Assembly: GCA_036479435.1 (NCBI GenBank)
Contig: JAZGFI010000185.1
Span: 1 to 36,451 of the forward strand
DNA length: 36,451 nt
DNA from: Planctomycetota bacterium
Lineage (GTDB): Bacteria > Planctomycetota > GCA-002687715 > DRQF01
Direction of reading: 5' to 3'
Positions 36,007-36,451 of this stretch are shown here, piece after piece (within the stretch, counting starts at the first letter, position 1; each line of letters begins with the position of its first letter). The notes beneath the pieces were generated by a model. It worked only from the letters and a program-made list of their open reading frames with translations. It was not told the origin of the DNA and made no database searches. A program made the translations under genes and the position numbers.

Positions 36007-36451
36007 ATGACCGACACCATCGACGTACCGACGCTGCTCCAAGAGCTTGTGCTTTTCGGCGACCTCAAAAAGGGCGACTTGAAAAAGCTCAATGATGAGA
36101 AGCATTGCCAGCTGTTTCGCTACGCAGCGGGTGAGAATATCGTCCGCCAAGGCGAACTCGATACCGAGTTTTATGTCATCCTCGACGGAATCGCGAGTGC
36201 CTATCGCATGGAGGACGACGGCCAAAGCCGCCGTTTGAGTTCCTTTGTCGCTGGCGATTGGTTCGGCGAGATGTCGGCCATTTCTCACCAAGCGCGATCC
36301 GCGACGGTGCAGGCCGACACCCCATGTACCGTCGTCATGCTCGACGTCACGATGTTTCAGATGCTCTTCGGCAACAAGAAGGGCAAGTTTCGCGAGATGA
36401 TCGACGCGCGCTACAAAGAAACCGCGCTCGCCCATCACCTTGATACCGCGC
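36007..36451 (+). CDS. Cyclic-nucleotide-binding-domain protein (partial, runs off the window end; absent from the ORF track)
   Basis: Translated by hand: MTDTIDVPTLLQELVLFGDL...GENIVRQGE..FYVILDG...GDWFGEMSAISHQARSATVQA. GAGGTG RBS. Confidence 0.9.
   Translation, partial: MTDTIDVPTLLQELVLFGDLKKGDLKKLNDEKHCQLFRYAAGENIVRQGELDTEFYVILDGIASAYRMEDDGQSRRLSSFVAGDWFGEMSAISHQARSATVQADTPCTVVMLDVTMFQMLFGNKKGKFREMIDARYKETALAHHLDTA

Noticed and set aside
21947..36438. Long antisense ORFs (21947-23251, 30974-31918, 32720-33694, 35485-36438)
   Set aside because: They are shadows of well-supported + strand genes in GC-rich DNA and carry no motifs.

Overview
GC-rich bacterial DNA in the standard genetic code. 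The gene content (HEAT/TPR, FHA, BlaI-M56, DUF3299) suggests Planctomycetota or a similar lineage, which is inference only. The window opens with the 3' end of a group II intron: the maturase C-terminus plus RNA domains V and VI (1-126). Next come a Ser/Thr dehydratase, an ABC/DUF3299 operon, phoX, a two-component system with 11-bp-periodic operator-like repeats, and a ferredoxin-NADP reductase. A BCP peroxiredoxin has an in-frame TGA at its catalytic Cys position, followed by a SECIS-like hairpin, making it a probable selenoprotein that the ORF track splits in two. After it lie a BlaI/M56 pair with twin operators, then CYTH, TPR, RNHCP and YhhQ genes. The last ~14.5 kb holds an uncharacterised redox and signalling cluster: a tandem GlcG/HbpS-like lipoprotein, a beta-barrel outer-membrane protein, a 10-haem LVIVD lipoprotein, two paralogous FHA/MshEN-like/TM proteins, a 17-haem cytochrome c, a putative di-haem-b membrane protein and a cNMP-binding protein that runs off the window end.
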